Made by a program: the position numbers and the translations under genes. Of a stretch of 64,000 nt of DNA, positions 18,902 through 28,441 are shown in pieces; position 1 is the first letter of the stretch, and each line of letters opens with the position of its first letter. Location: NCBI GenBank assembly GCA_963205255.1, contig CAUJIK010000047.1:1871-65870 (forward strand), given 5' to 3'. The notes under the pieces were generated by a model that was given only the letters and a program-made list of their open reading frames with translations, searched no databases and had not been told where the DNA came from. The DNA is from Pseudomonadota bacterium. GTDB taxonomy: Bacteria > Pseudomonadota > Gammaproteobacteria > Steroidobacterales > Steroidobacteraceae.

Positions 18902-19777
18902 ATGCCCGTGAATCTGACCGCAGCCCGCAGCCTGGTGCTGGCATTGCTGCTGCCAGCTGTCGCCATGTCCGCACAGTCTGGCCGCAGTCTCAGCGATGTG
19001 GTCTATGCCACCGTCGACGACACGTCGTTGATGCTGGACCTGCATCTGCCCGCGAACGAGCGCCGGCCGCCGCTGCTGGTGTATCTGCATGGCGGCGCCT
19101 GGTCCGCCGGCGACAAGTCGGCCTATCCGGCGTTCCTGGTCGAGCGCGGCTTCGCGGTGGCGAGCGTGGATTACCGCTCCACCAATATCGCGCCGTTTCC
19201 GGCGAACACCCACGACATCAAGGCGGCGCTGCGCTTCCTGCGCGCCAAGGCAGGGGAGTATGGCTACCGCGCCGAGCGCATCGCGCTGATGGGGGTCTCG
19301 TCGGGCGGCCATCTCGCCGCGCTTGCGGGCGTGACCAACGGGGATGCCGAACTCGAGGGCGAGGAGGGCGAGTACCTGGATCAGTCCTCGGATGTGCAGG
19401 CCATCGTGAGCTACTACGGCGCCAGCAATCTCGCCACCATCCTCGCGCAGTCGACGCCTGCGGGCCTGGAGGTGCGCGGGCCGGCGCTGCGGCAGTTGCT
19501 GGGCGCTCCCCCTGAGGAGGTGCCGGAGCTGGCCCAGCAGGCGAGCCCGGTCTTCCATGTGGATCGCGGCGATCCGCCGCTGATGCTGCTGCACGGCGAC
19601 CAGGACGTGCAGATGCCCATCAACCAGGCCCATGAGCTGGTGGGGGCCTACCGCAAGGCCGGGCTGTTCGTGGAATTCATGGTGCTCAATGGCGCCGGCC
19701 ACGGCGGCGAGGCCTTTTTTCAGGGCGAAGCCGCGGACCGCGTCATGAGCTTCCTGCACCGGACGGTAGGCCGTTGA
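18902..19777 (+). CDS. Secreted alpha/beta-hydrolase (esterase/lipase)
   Basis: ORF 18863..19777, with the start at ATG 18902 and a signal peptide. It has the oxyanion motif YLHGGAW and the nucleophile elbow GVSSGG. Confidence 0.8.
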   Translation: MPVNLTAARSLVLALLLPAVAMSAQSGRSLSDVVYATVDDTSLMLDLHLPANERRPPLLVYLHGGAWSAGDKSAYPAFLVERGFAVASVDYRSTNIAPFPANTHDIKAALRFLRAKAGEYGYRAERIALMGVSSGGHLAALAGVTNGDAELEGEEGEYLDQSSDVQAIVSYYGASNLATILAQSTPAGLEVRGPALRQLLGAPPEEVPELAQQASPVFHVDRGDPPLMLLHGDQDVQMPINQAHELVGAYRKAGLFVEFMVLNGAGHGGEAFFQGEAADRVMSFLHRTVGR

Positions 19778-19778
19778 C

Positions 19779-20939
19779 GTGTCGGGTAGAATCGCGGTTT
19801 ACCCACCGGAGAACGCCCTGAACGCCCCAGCAATCCCCGACACCCATGCCGCACCCCCGCAGGGCGATGCGGCGCTGGTGGCCGTCGACCGCGTGGTCGA
19901 GGAGCTGCGGCGTGGTCGTCTGGTGGCCGTGACGGCGGGGCAGGGCAAGGATGCGAGCTGGCGGCTGGTGCTGGCGCTGGAGACGGCCACGCTCGAGCCC
20001 GTGCAGTGGCTGCTGTCGAGGAATGCGATGGTGGCGGTCACTGGCGAGCGCGCGGCCGCCCTGGGGGCCTGCGAGGCCAAGGACGTGCTGCTGGCGCTGC
20101 CCGATGGCGTGGAGGCTGAGCGTGTGCTGGCGCTCGGGCAATGCTGGAACGCCGCGGGCTGGCGCCAGGTGCTGGGCAAGGCGGTGGAGGCCGGCATTCC
20201 GGGCGATCAGCCCGTGGTGGCGGCCGTGCAGCTGGCCAAGTTTGCCCAGCTGCTGCCGGCGTTGCTGGTCAGTCCGGTGTTTCGGGGGGCGTTGCCCGCG
20301 AATGTGCTCGCGGTGACGGCGCCGCAGGTGCAGCGCCATGCGCTGCCGGTGGATGCGGACCTGCTGCAGGTCAGCGAGGCGGCGGTGCCGCTCAAGGGCG
20401 ACATCGCCAGCAGGCTGGTGCTGTTCCGTGATCGTCGCGACGCCGCCGAACATGTGGCCGTGGTGGTGGGGAAAGTGGATGCCGCGCAGCCGGTTCCGGT
20501 GCGTGTGCATTCGTCCTGCTTCACCGGCGATCTGCTGGGCAGCCTGCGCTGCGACTGCGGCGAGCAGCTGCACACGGCCATCCAGCGGCTCGATGCCGCC
20601 GGCGGCGGCGTGCTGCTGTATCTGGCGCAGGAGGGCCGCGGCATCGGCCTTGCGAACAAGCTGCGCGCCTACCAGTTGCAGGATGACGGGCTGGATACGG
20701 TGGATGCGAACCGGCACCTGGGATTCAGCGCCGATGAACGCGACTACGGCATCGCCGCCGCCATGCTGCGCAGTCTGGGCGTGGTGCGCATCCGCCTGCT
20801 GTCCAACAGCCCGCACAAAGTCAGCGCGCTGCGTGAGCGCGGCATCGACGTGGTGTCGATCGAGACGCTGCCGGGCACGCCCAACGAGCACAACGAGCGT
20901 TATCTGCGCACCAAGCGCGAGCGCGCCGGGCATCTGTAA
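19779..20939 (+). CDS. ribA: GTP cyclohydrolase II (long form with an N-terminal extension)
   Basis: VRVHSSCFTGDLLGSLRCDCGEQL carries the zinc Cys triad. LYLAQEGRGIGLANKLRAYQLQDDGLDTVDAN is also present. The start is GTG, 1 nt after the esterase stop. Confidence 0.85.
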   Translation: MSGRIAVYPPENALNAPAIPDTHAAPPQGDAALVAVDRVVEELRRGRLVAVTAGQGKDASWRLVLALETATLEPVQWLLSRNAMVAVTGERAAALGACEAKDVLLALPDGVEAERVLALGQCWNAAGWRQVLGKAVEAGIPGDQPVVAAVQLAKFAQLLPALLVSPVFRGALPANVLAVTAPQVQRHALPVDADLLQVSEAAVPLKGDIASRLVLFRDRRDAAEHVAVVVGKVDAAQPVPVRVHSSCFTGDLLGSLRCDCGEQLHTAIQRLDAAGGGVLLYLAQEGRGIGLANKLRAYQLQDDGLDTVDANRHLGFSADERDYGIAAAMLRSLGVVRIRLLSNSPHKVSALRERGIDVVSIETLPGTPNEHNERYLRTKRERAGHL

Positions 20940-20952
20940 GGTACGCGTTCCT

Positions 20953-22227
20953 TCAGGCCGGTTGCGGTCTGGAAAAGTGCAGCGTGGCGCGAGTGCCGCC
21001 AGCCGGCGGAGATTCCACATCGAGATGCCAGCCCAGATGGGCGCAGGCCCGGGATATCAGTTCGATGCCGATGCCGCCTCTGGTGTCGCTAACGCCGGCG
21101 CGCGCCAGCTGCGTGTAGATGCGGCCGCGCTCGGCATCGGAAAGTCCGTGCCCAGGGTCTTCCACCACGACCTGCGACGCCGTGGCGTGGACACGGATGG
21201 TGCCGTGCTCGCTGTTCTCGATGGCATTGCGGACCAGATTGCCGATGGTGGCGGCGAGTATCTGTCTGGGCGCCTGCACCGTACACGGGGCGGTGATGAC
21301 GAGGTCGAAGTGCAGTTGCCTGGCTCCCGCGAGGACGCGGTGATCCTGCACCACGGAGTCGAGCAGTTCGACCAGATCCACCGGTTCCATCATCGAACGC
21401 AGGCGCTGCGGATCGCGCGCCAGGACCAGCAGCAACGCGACCGTGTCCTGCATCTCGTTGGCGGTGGCGATGATGCGTTGCAGATGTGATTCCACCGGGC
21501 GTTTCATCGCCTGCTGATCCAGGGCCACCTCGGCGCTGCTGATCAGCACGGCGATGGGCGTGCGCAGCTCGTGGCTGGCCATGCGGATGAAATGGCGTTC
21601 GCGCTCCACGTATTCGTCATTGCGCGCAAGGTAGGTGTTGACGCTCCTGGCAATGATCCGCGCTTCCCGCGGCGCCCTGGCTTCGACCGCAATGCGCTGT
21701 CCGCTGCGATCGGGCAGCAGGCTGTGGATGGAGCGGGCGAGCGAGGTGAGGGGCCGGACGAGCCGCGCAACGCCAAGGTATGTCAGCAGCGTCAGGACCA
21801 GGACGATGGCCGCCGACGACACGAGGATCACCCGGACGAACTCCATCTCCTTGGCCTCCATGGCCGTGATGTCCAGCGCCATGACGCTGCGGGCGTCGCC
21901 GGTGCCGGTCACCAGCGCCACATACTGGCGTTCGTCCAGGGCGATCTCGTCGTGCGTGCCGGGCGGCAGGTCGAACTCCCGCGGGATGGCGTGTGTGCTG
22001 CCATGGCCGTAAAGCTGCAGCAGCTCGGTATCGGTCCAGCGGTATCCGGGGTCGGAGCTCATGCGTTCCCGGAAGTACGCATGCTCACTTTGCAGCAGTG
22101 AATTCCAGATCGCCGCCTCCACATTCTCGTTCACGAACAGGCCGTGCGCGGCCACTGCCAGCGACAGCAGCAGCATGTACGTGAGCATGCCGAGCGTGAG
22201 CCGCCGCTGCAGGCTCGCGCTGGTCAC
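20953..22227 (-). CDS. Sensor histidine kinase (2 TM, HAMP, HisKA, HATPase)
   Basis: H-box MASHELRTPIAV, N-box LVRNAIENS and G-boxes DPGHGL / GGIGIELI. Confidence 0.85.
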   Translation of the reverse strand: MTSASLQRRLTLGMLTYMLLLSLAVAAHGLFVNENVEAAIWNSLLQSEHAYFRERMSSDPGYRWTDTELLQLYGHGSTHAIPREFDLPPGTHDEIALDERQYVALVTGTGDARSVMALDITAMEAKEMEFVRVILVSSAAIVLVLTLLTYLGVARLVRPLTSLARSIHSLLPDRSGQRIAVEARAPREARIIARSVNTYLARNDEYVERERHFIRMASHELRTPIAVLISSAEVALDQQAMKRPVESHLQRIIATANEMQDTVALLLVLARDPQRLRSMMEPVDLVELLDSVVQDHRVLAGARQLHFDLVITAPCTVQAPRQILAATIGNLVRNAIENSEHGTIRVHATASQVVVEDPGHGLSDAERGRIYTQLARAGVSDTRGGIGIELISRACAHLGWHLDVESPPAGGTRATLHFSRPQPA

Positions 22228-22919
22228 CGGTTCTCTCCCCGTGCCGCCAGCAGGTACCCCACGCCGCGCAAGGTGTGCAGCAGCTTCACATCACTGTCGC
22301 CGTCGATGGCGCGCCGCAGTTCATACATATGCGAGCGCAGCATGTCGCCCTCGGGAGGGTCGTCTCCCCACAAGGTGCTTTCCAGTTCGGTGCGTGTCAC
22401 CACAGCGGGGCTGGCGCGCATCAGCGCTTCGAGCAGGCGCCGCGCGCTGTGCGAGAGCGGTACATGGCGCGATCCGCGCTGCGCGCTCTGCGTGTCCAGA
22501 TCGAAGGCCAGGTCCTCCACCTGCAGCTTGCGGCGCCGTCCGCGCGAGCGCGCGAGCAATGCCTCGATCCTTACTTCGAGCTCCGCCAGGGCGAAGGGTT
22601 TGGTGAGGTAGTCGTCGGCGCCGGTGCGAAAGGCATTGACCTTGTCTTCGATTTCACCGCGGGCAGTGAGCATGAGGATGGGGACATCGCTGTCGCGGGC
22701 GCGCAGCTCGCGGATGATGTCCAGCCCCTCCCTCGAAGGCAGGCCCCAGTCGAGGATGAGCGCGTGGTAGCTGCCTTCCTGCGCCAGCGCCAGTCCCGCA
22801 TCGCCATCCTGGGCCGCATCGAGCAGGTAGCCGCGGGGCTCCAGATAGGCGAACAGGTTCTGGACCAGGCGGACGTTGTCCTCCAGAAGCAGAATGCGGG
22901 CGCGAGGGGGCGGATGCAT
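22224..22919 (-). CDS. OmpR/PhoB-family response regulator
   Basis: RILLLEDN...LILDWGLP...ADDYLTKPF is the receiver domain. The winged helix ends LHTLRGVGYLL. There is a 4-nt overlap with the kinase gene. Confidence 0.9.
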   Translation of the reverse strand: MHPPPRARILLLEDNVRLVQNLFAYLEPRGYLLDAAQDGDAGLALAQEGSYHALILDWGLPSREGLDIIRELRARDSDVPILMLTARGEIEDKVNAFRTGADDYLTKPFALAELEVRIEALLARSRGRRRKLQVEDLAFDLDTQSAQRGSRHVPLSHSARRLLEALMRASPAVVTRTELESTLWGDDPPEGDMLRSHMYELRRAIDGDSDVKLLHTLRGVGYLLAARGENR

Positions 22920-22933
22920 GCACCAGCAATCTT

Positions 22934-22952
22934 AATAAGAACAATTCTTATT
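22934..22952. promoter_or_regulatory. Perfect inverted repeat in the AT-rich leader/promoter of the two-component operon
   Basis: AATAAGAA-CAA-TTCTTATT, located 15-33 nt upstream of the regulator ATG (22919). It sits in one of the very few AT-rich patches of the window. Confidence 0.3.
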
Positions 22953-23044
22953 CGCAGGAATTATTGTGTGCAAACCTGCGTGGCTCCCCTGCCTCGGCGG
23001 CCATCCGGCAGATCAGGATGGGGCGCGAGCCTTCGGGCAGCCTG

Positions 23045-24970
23045 TCAGAGGCCGGCGGCCTCGAGCTGTTCACCCAGTTCCAGCCATTCGGTTTCCACTT
23101 CGCTGGTTTCCTGCGCCACGCGCGCGCGCCGCGCGGTGAGTTCGCGTGCCTCGCCGCCGCCGTTCGCATACAGCGCCGGATCAGCAAGCTTTGCATCCAG
23201 ATCGGCGGTCTGCGCGGTCAGCTCCTGCAGCCGCTTTTCGCAGCGCGCCAGGCGTGAGCGCAGCGCGGAGGGGTTGATGCGCGGCTTTGCGCCGGGCTGC
23301 GTGGCCGCGGTCTGCGCCGGCTGCGCCGCGGTGGCGGGCCTGGCTGCTGCGGTCGGCCTGGAAGCCGAGCCGTCGCCCTCGTCGTTGCGCGCCGCGGCCA
23401 GCCAGCGTGCGTAGTCGTCCAGGTCGCCGTCGAACTCGGTGACTCGCCCACCGCCGACCAGCAGGAAACGGTCGCTCACCGTCGCGAGCAGGTGCCGGTC
23501 GTGGGAGACCATCACCACGGCGCCCAGGTATTCCTGCAAGGCCATGGCCAGCGCCTGGCGCATCTCCAGGTCAAGGTGGTTGGTGGGCTCGTCCAGCAGC
23601 AGCAGGTTGGGGCGCGAATAGGCGACCAGCGCCAGCGCCAGCCTGGCCTTCTCGCCGCCGGAAAACGGCCCCACGGATTCGAACACGCGGTCGCCGCGGA
23701 AACCGAAGCCGGCAAGGTAATTGCGCTGCTCCTGTTCCGTGTCGCGACGACCCACCTTCTGTCCGTGACGCGCCAGATTCAACAGCGGCGAGGCGTCCGG
23801 ATCGAGCTGTTCGAGCTGGTGCTGGGCGAAATAGCCGATGGCCAGATCGCGCGCGTCATTGCGTGAGCCGCCACGACCGGCGAGTTCGCCGGCGAGCATC
23901 TTGATCAGGGTGGATTTGCCGGCGCCGTTGCGGCCCAGGAGCGCGATGCGGTCGCCGGGATACACGGTGAGGTCCACGTCGCTGAGCAGGATGCGGTCGC
24001 CGTAGCCGGTGGACTGCTGCTCGATGGCGAGCAGCGGCCGTGGCAGTTTCGCCGGTTCAGCAAAGGAGAACTCGAAGGGCGAATCCACATGCGCGGGCGC
24101 GATGCGTTGCATGCGCTCCAGCGCCTTGATGCGGCTCTGCGCCTGGCGCGCCTTGGTGGCCTTGGCGCGAAAGCGTTCGACGAACGATTCCATGTGCGCG
24201 ATCTCGCGCTGCTGCTTTTCGTACAGCGCGCTCTGTTGCGCCAGGCGCGCGGCGCGCGCTTCCTCGAAGGCGCTGTAGTTGCCGCGGTAGACCTCTGCCT
24301 TCCCGCCTTCGATGTTCACTATGCGGTTCACCACCCGGTCGAGGAACTCGCGGTCGTGCGCGATGAGCAGCAGCGTGCCGGAATATTCCGCAAGCCAGCC
24401 CTCGAGCCACACGATGGCATCGAGGTCGAGGTGGTTGGTGGGCTCGTCCAGCAGCAGCAGGTCCGAAGGGCACATCAGCGCCTTGGCCACGTTGAGCCGC
24501 ACGCGCCAGCCGCCGGAGAAATCGCGCACCGGGCGGGTCTCGTCCACAGAGGTGAAGCCCAGGCCGTGCATCAGCTGCGCGGCGCGTGAGCGCGCGTCGT
24601 AGCCGCCCACGGCGGCGTACTGCGTGTAGAGGTTGGCGAGCTTCATGCCGTCGGCATGGGCGGCCTCCGCGGCTGCGATCTGCGCTTCCAGCCGGCGCAG
24701 CCGCGCATCGCCATCGAGCACGAATTCGATCGCCTCGCGGTCCGTGGCCTCCACGTCCTGCGCCACATGGGCCACTTCGAGGCTCGTGGGCATTTCGAAA
24801 TGGCCGGCGTCGGGTGTGAGCTCGCCGCGCACCAGGGCCATGAGGCTCGATTTGCCGCTGCCGTTCTCGCCCGTGATGCCGACCTTCTCGCCACGGAACA
24901 GGCTGAAGCTCGCCTGGGCGAACAGGACGCGGGGGCCGCGGCGCAGCGTGACATCGTCGAATACCAGCAT
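23045..24970 (-). CDS. ABC-F family ATPase (YheS/Uup-like; two NBDs and a C-terminal coiled coil)
   Basis: Two Walker A motifs (GENGSGKSS, GRNGAGKST), two LSGG signatures (FSGGWRVR, FSGGEKAR), no TM domain and an inter-domain linker. Confidence 0.9.
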   Translation of the reverse strand: MLVFDDVTLRRGPRVLFAQASFSLFRGEKVGITGENGSGKSSLMALVRGELTPDAGHFEMPTSLEVAHVAQDVEATDREAIEFVLDGDARLRRLEAQIAAAEAAHADGMKLANLYTQYAAVGGYDARSRAAQLMHGLGFTSVDETRPVRDFSGGWRVRLNVAKALMCPSDLLLLDEPTNHLDLDAIVWLEGWLAEYSGTLLLIAHDREFLDRVVNRIVNIEGGKAEVYRGNYSAFEEARAARLAQQSALYEKQQREIAHMESFVERFRAKATKARQAQSRIKALERMQRIAPAHVDSPFEFSFAEPAKLPRPLLAIEQQSTGYGDRILLSDVDLTVYPGDRIALLGRNGAGKSTLIKMLAGELAGRGGSRNDARDLAIGYFAQHQLEQLDPDASPLLNLARHGQKVGRRDTEQEQRNYLAGFGFRGDRVFESVGPFSGGEKARLALALVAYSRPNLLLLDEPTNHLDLEMRQALAMALQEYLGAVVMVSHDRHLLATVSDRFLLVGGGRVTEFDGDLDDYARWLAAARNDEGDGSASRPTAAARPATAAQPAQTAATQPGAKPRINPSALRSRLARCEKRLQELTAQTADLDAKLADPALYANGGGEARELTARRARVAQETSEVETEWLELGEQLEAAGL

Positions 24971-25050
24971 GGGGCGCGAAGGCTAGGGGGTAGCGGCCCG
25001 GCGGGCAAGAAGCGCGCGGCATTCCGGAGGCGCGTAGTAAGATTCCCCGC

Positions 25051-25530
25051 ATGAAAACCCATGCTTTCCGCGGCCTGCGCCTGGCCTGCCTGTTGCTCTG
25101 TGCAAGCCTTGCGGGGCCAGCGCTGGCGGATGTCGAGATCACCGACGGCTGGACGCGCGAGACGCCGCCGGGCGCCAGGACCGGTGTCGGCTACTTCATG
25201 TTGCGCAACACCGGCAGCCAGGCACGCAAGCTGGTGCAGGTGAGCTCGCCGGCGGCAGCCGGGGTGACGGTGCACCAGAGCAGCGTCGATGCCCAGGGTG
25301 TGGCGCGCATGCGGCCGGTGGCCTCACTGGAACTGGCGCCGGGGCAGATGCTGCACTTCGAGCCGGGTGGCTACCACCTGATGTTCGAGGGGCTCACGGC
25401 GTCGTTCAAGGTGGATGACGAAGTGCCGGTGACCCTGACGTTCAGCGGCGGGCAGCCGGTCACCGTGAAGCTCAAGGTGCGATCGCTGATGGATCAGGGC
25501 AAGCCCGCGCACGAGCACGCGCACCACTGA
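25051..25530 (+). CDS. Periplasmic copper chaperone PCu(A)C (DUF461)
   Basis: Signal peptide, then ITDGWTRETPPGARTGVGYFML..., and H...M motifs (VHQS...RMRPV, GGYHLMF). Confidence 0.8.
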   Translation: MKTHAFRGLRLACLLLCASLAGPALADVEITDGWTRETPPGARTGVGYFMLRNTGSQARKLVQVSSPAAAGVTVHQSSVDAQGVARMRPVASLELAPGQMLHFEPGGYHLMFEGLTASFKVDDEVPVTLTFSGGQPVTVKLKVRSLMDQGKPAHEHAHH

Positions 25531-25549
25531 GGGGGCGCCGCGCGGACGT

Positions 25550-25942
25550 TCATCCGCCCGCGCGTTTGGCGTCGTAGCCCAGCTTTTGCAGTTCCGCGAC
25601 CAGCCGGTCGCGATGCTCGCCCTGGATCTCGATGCGATCTCCCCGGGCCGCGCCGCCGGCGCCGCAGGCGCGTTTGAGTTTGCCGGCGAGCTCCTCGAGC
25701 GCATCGCCCGTCAGCGGCAGGCCGGTGATCACGGTCACGCCCTTGCCGCCGCGTCCCGCGGTTTCGCGGCCTACACGGATCTTCGGCGGTCCCGCGTTCG
25801 CGGGGCGTGCCACGGGCTGCTTCACGGGTCGATCCAGCACCACACCGCGGAAGGTGGCCTTCGGCTTCACGCAAGAACTCCTGCCCGGCCTGGGTAGAGA
25901 ATGAGAAGGGGGAATGATGTCTGCGGCCGGGCGGCCCGACAA
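25550..25942 (-). CDS. yciH: SUI1/eIF1-family translation initiation factor homolog
   Basis: IRVGRETAGRGGKGVTVITGLPL...LKRACGAGGAARGDRIEIQGEHRDRLVAELQKLGY aligns with E. coli YciH. The start is uncertain: the only candidate for the full ORF is a TTG at 25942. Confidence 0.75.
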   Translation of the reverse strand: MSGRPAADIIPPSHSLPRPGRSSCVKPKATFRGVVLDRPVKQPVARPANAGPPKIRVGRETAGRGGKGVTVITGLPLTGDALEELAGKLKRACGAGGAARGDRIEIQGEHRDRLVAELQKLGYDAKRAGG

Positions 25943-25948
25943 GATGGT

Positions 25949-28267
25949 TTACCCGACCGCGCGCCGGTGGGTCTGCGCCGGGAGCCTGATCCTGTCGTCC
26001 ACGCCGGTCGCGACCGTGATCGGCGCCGGCACGCCGAACAGATAGCCCTGGACTTCGCTGCATCCGGCCGCGATCACGTAGTCGAGCTGCTCCTGCGTTT
26101 CGACGCCCTCGGCCACCGTGGTGACGCCGAGGTTCTTGCCCAGGTCCGCGATGGCTCTCACCACCGCGGCGCAGTCGTGCCGGACCACGGCATCGCGTAC
26201 GAATGAGCCATCGACCTTGATCTTGTCGAAGGGGAAGGCGCGCAGGTGGGCAAGCGATGAATAGCCGGTGCCGAAATCATCGAGCACGACGTGTACGCCA
26301 AGGTCGCGTATCTGGCGCAGGTCCCCGATCACGTCATGCTTGTCATCGAGCAGGGCAGTTTCGGTGATTTCGATCTCCAGCCGGTCCGGCGGCAGGCCGC
26401 TTGCGGCCAGTGCCGCGAGCACATAGCCATGCAGCGTCCCCTTGCCGAGCTGCGTGGCCGATACGTTGACGGCGACCCGCGCGCCATCCTCCCAGCCGGC
26501 CGCCTCGCGGCAGGCCGTTTCCAGCACGAATGCACCGAGCGCATCGGCCAGGCCGCATTGCTCTGCGACCGGCACGAATTCGGCGGGCGAGATCCAGCCA
26601 TGGTCTGGATGGCGCCAGCGCACCAGCGCTTCGCGCGCCGTGATCTCGCTGGTCTTGAGAGAGACGATCGACTGATAGAAGACCAGCAGGTGCTTGCGGT
26701 TGTGCAATGCCTCGCGCAGCGCGGTCTCCAGATGCACGCGCTGCTTGATGCGGTCTTCCATTCCGGGCGCAAACAGGCGTGCGTTGCCCCGGCCGGCTTC
26801 CTTCGCCGCATAAAGCGCCATGTCGGACCGTGCCAGCAGCGTTTCCGCGGTGTCGCCATGGTCGGGCGTCAGGGCAATGCCGATGGATGCGCCGATCACG
26901 ATATTGCCGTACCCGAAATCATAGTTGGCGCTCAGCGCGGCAATGACCCGGTCGGCATGGGCCTGCACCTGCCCTGCGTTGCCGTGGGGGATGAGCACGG
27001 CGAATTCGTCGCCGCCGAGACGGCCGACGAGCATCCCCGGCGCGCCGCAGACGGCGCGCAACCGCCTGGCCACTTCATTGAGCAGCAGGTCGCCGATTCC
27101 GTGACCACGCGTATCGTTCACCATCTTGAAGCCGTCGAGGTCGATGTAGAGCAGCCCGCGCAGACTGCCGGGCATGGCAAGCCCGCGTTCCAGCTCATCG
27201 TGGAAACTGGTGCGGTTGGGCAATCCCGTCAGCGTGTCATGGTGCGCCAGATGGCTGATGTGCTGTTCGGCCGCGGCTTCCTTGGTGACCAGCGCCCAGG
27301 TCAGCATGGAGCCGAGATAGGCGCCATCGCCTGTGAAGACCGCGGAAGCCTTGAGGTCGAGCACCTCGTTCCCAAGCGTGACGCGCTCATGGTGCGGCAG
27401 GTTCGCCGGATCGGCCAGTATCCGCCGCAGGTGCTGCGGGTGCCCATGGAAAACGTCGACCGACGCGCCGAGCAGATCGTCGACCCTGATCGGCAGCAGA
27501 TGCTCGATCTGGCGGACCAGTTTCCTGGAAGTTTCGTTGGCGTAGGTGACCTTGAGTGTGCCCGGTTCGACTGTCATCACGGCGACTGGCATGTCGTCGA
27601 TCATGCGCAGCAGCCGGTTCTGTTCCTCGTGCTTGCGGCGCGCCTCGGTGCGGGCATCGACCATGCCCGCGAAGTCGCGGTTCTGGATGAGGCTGATGAA
27701 GGTCGCCGCAATGATCACCGGAAAGAACGAGGCTGCCATGATGGCCAGAGGCAGGATGCCGCTGAACGCGAAAAAGCCGAGGAAGGAAGTCCCACCGATG
27801 ATGGAGACGCTCAGCATCGCCGCGCGTACCTGCACCAGGCAGAGCATGCAGGCGAGCATGGTGATTGCCAGGTAGAAGGCGACGTGGGTTTTCTCGTAGG
27901 CGCCTCCGTAGGGAAACAGGGCGAAGGCCCAGATGCACATCAGGGCGCCCAGAACGGCGGAGAGCTTGGTGGTGCGGACCATCTCCTTGCGCAGCTGTTC
28001 CGTGGTGGCCTGGTTCTTTTTCCAGCGCAGACACATGATGAACCGCGCGCAGCCGGTGGCGGTGAGCGCCAGCGGGAACACGACGGTCAGGAGAATCGGC
28101 GCGCTGTTCGAGAACGACACCGACAGGCCCCAGCTGTTGGCGATGAGCACGAAATAGAGCAACGGAACCATCCGGAACAGTGTCGCGCCCTGTTCCTTGA
28201 GCAGTTCCTCGTTGTCGGTCTGTTTCGGGAAGAGCGCGGCGAGGCGCGAACCCGTCCTGCGTATCAT
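25949..28267 (-). CDS. Membrane-anchored PAS-GGDEF-EAL protein (c-di-GMP cyclase/phosphodiesterase), intact copy
   Basis: About 6 N-terminal hydrophobic helices, then a PAS-like segment (MIDDMPVAVMTV...LTWALVT). This is followed by GGDEF (RLGGDEFAV) and a complete EAL domain (EALVRW, DDFGTGYSS, KVDGSF, EGVETQEQ, QGYLFG). Confidence 0.9.
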   Translation of the reverse strand: MIRRTGSRLAALFPKQTDNEELLKEQGATLFRMVPLLYFVLIANSWGLSVSFSNSAPILLTVVFPLALTATGCARFIMCLRWKKNQATTEQLRKEMVRTTKLSAVLGALMCIWAFALFPYGGAYEKTHVAFYLAITMLACMLCLVQVRAAMLSVSIIGGTSFLGFFAFSGILPLAIMAASFFPVIIAATFISLIQNRDFAGMVDARTEARRKHEEQNRLLRMIDDMPVAVMTVEPGTLKVTYANETSRKLVRQIEHLLPIRVDDLLGASVDVFHGHPQHLRRILADPANLPHHERVTLGNEVLDLKASAVFTGDGAYLGSMLTWALVTKEAAAEQHISHLAHHDTLTGLPNRTSFHDELERGLAMPGSLRGLLYIDLDGFKMVNDTRGHGIGDLLLNEVARRLRAVCGAPGMLVGRLGGDEFAVLIPHGNAGQVQAHADRVIAALSANYDFGYGNIVIGASIGIALTPDHGDTAETLLARSDMALYAAKEAGRGNARLFAPGMEDRIKQRVHLETALREALHNRKHLLVFYQSIVSLKTSEITAREALVRWRHPDHGWISPAEFVPVAEQCGLADALGAFVLETACREAAGWEDGARVAVNVSATQLGKGTLHGYVLAALAASGLPPDRLEIEITETALLDDKHDVIGDLRQIRDLGVHVVLDDFGTGYSSLAHLRAFPFDKIKVDGSFVRDAVVRHDCAAVVRAIADLGKNLGVTTVAEGVETQEQLDYVIAAGCSEVQGYLFGVPAPITVATGVDDRIRLPAQTHRRAVG

Positions 28268-28276
28268 CGAGAGACC

Positions 28277-28441
28277 TTATCCGGCCGCATGCTGCCGGTG
28301 CGGTTGCGCCTCGGCCACGTTCGGCATCGGCCTTCCGAACAGGTAGCCCTGCACCTCGCGGCATCCTTCCGCGATCACGCAATCGAGCTGCTCCCTGGTC
28401 TCGACTCCTTCGGCCACCGTGGTGACGCCGAGGCGCTTGCC
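28277..28441 (-). pseudogene. Orphaned in-frame 3' tail of the second GGDEF-EAL gene, carrying the EGVE and QGY motifs of the EAL domain
   Basis: Hand translation immediately 3' of the TAG at 28442-28444 gives GKRLGVTTVAEGVETREQLDCVIAEGCREVQGYLFGRPMPNVAEAQPHRQHAAG*. This is colinear with ...LGKNLGVTTVAEGVETQEQLDYVIAAGCSEVQGYLFGVP of the neighbouring paralog. Confidence 0.85.

Noticed and set aside
28277-28441. An independent small gene between the two GGDEF-EAL paralogs
   Set aside because: It has no start codon context of its own. It is exactly in frame with, and colinear to, the EAL C-terminus of the paralog. It is interpreted as the severed tail of 28442..30589.
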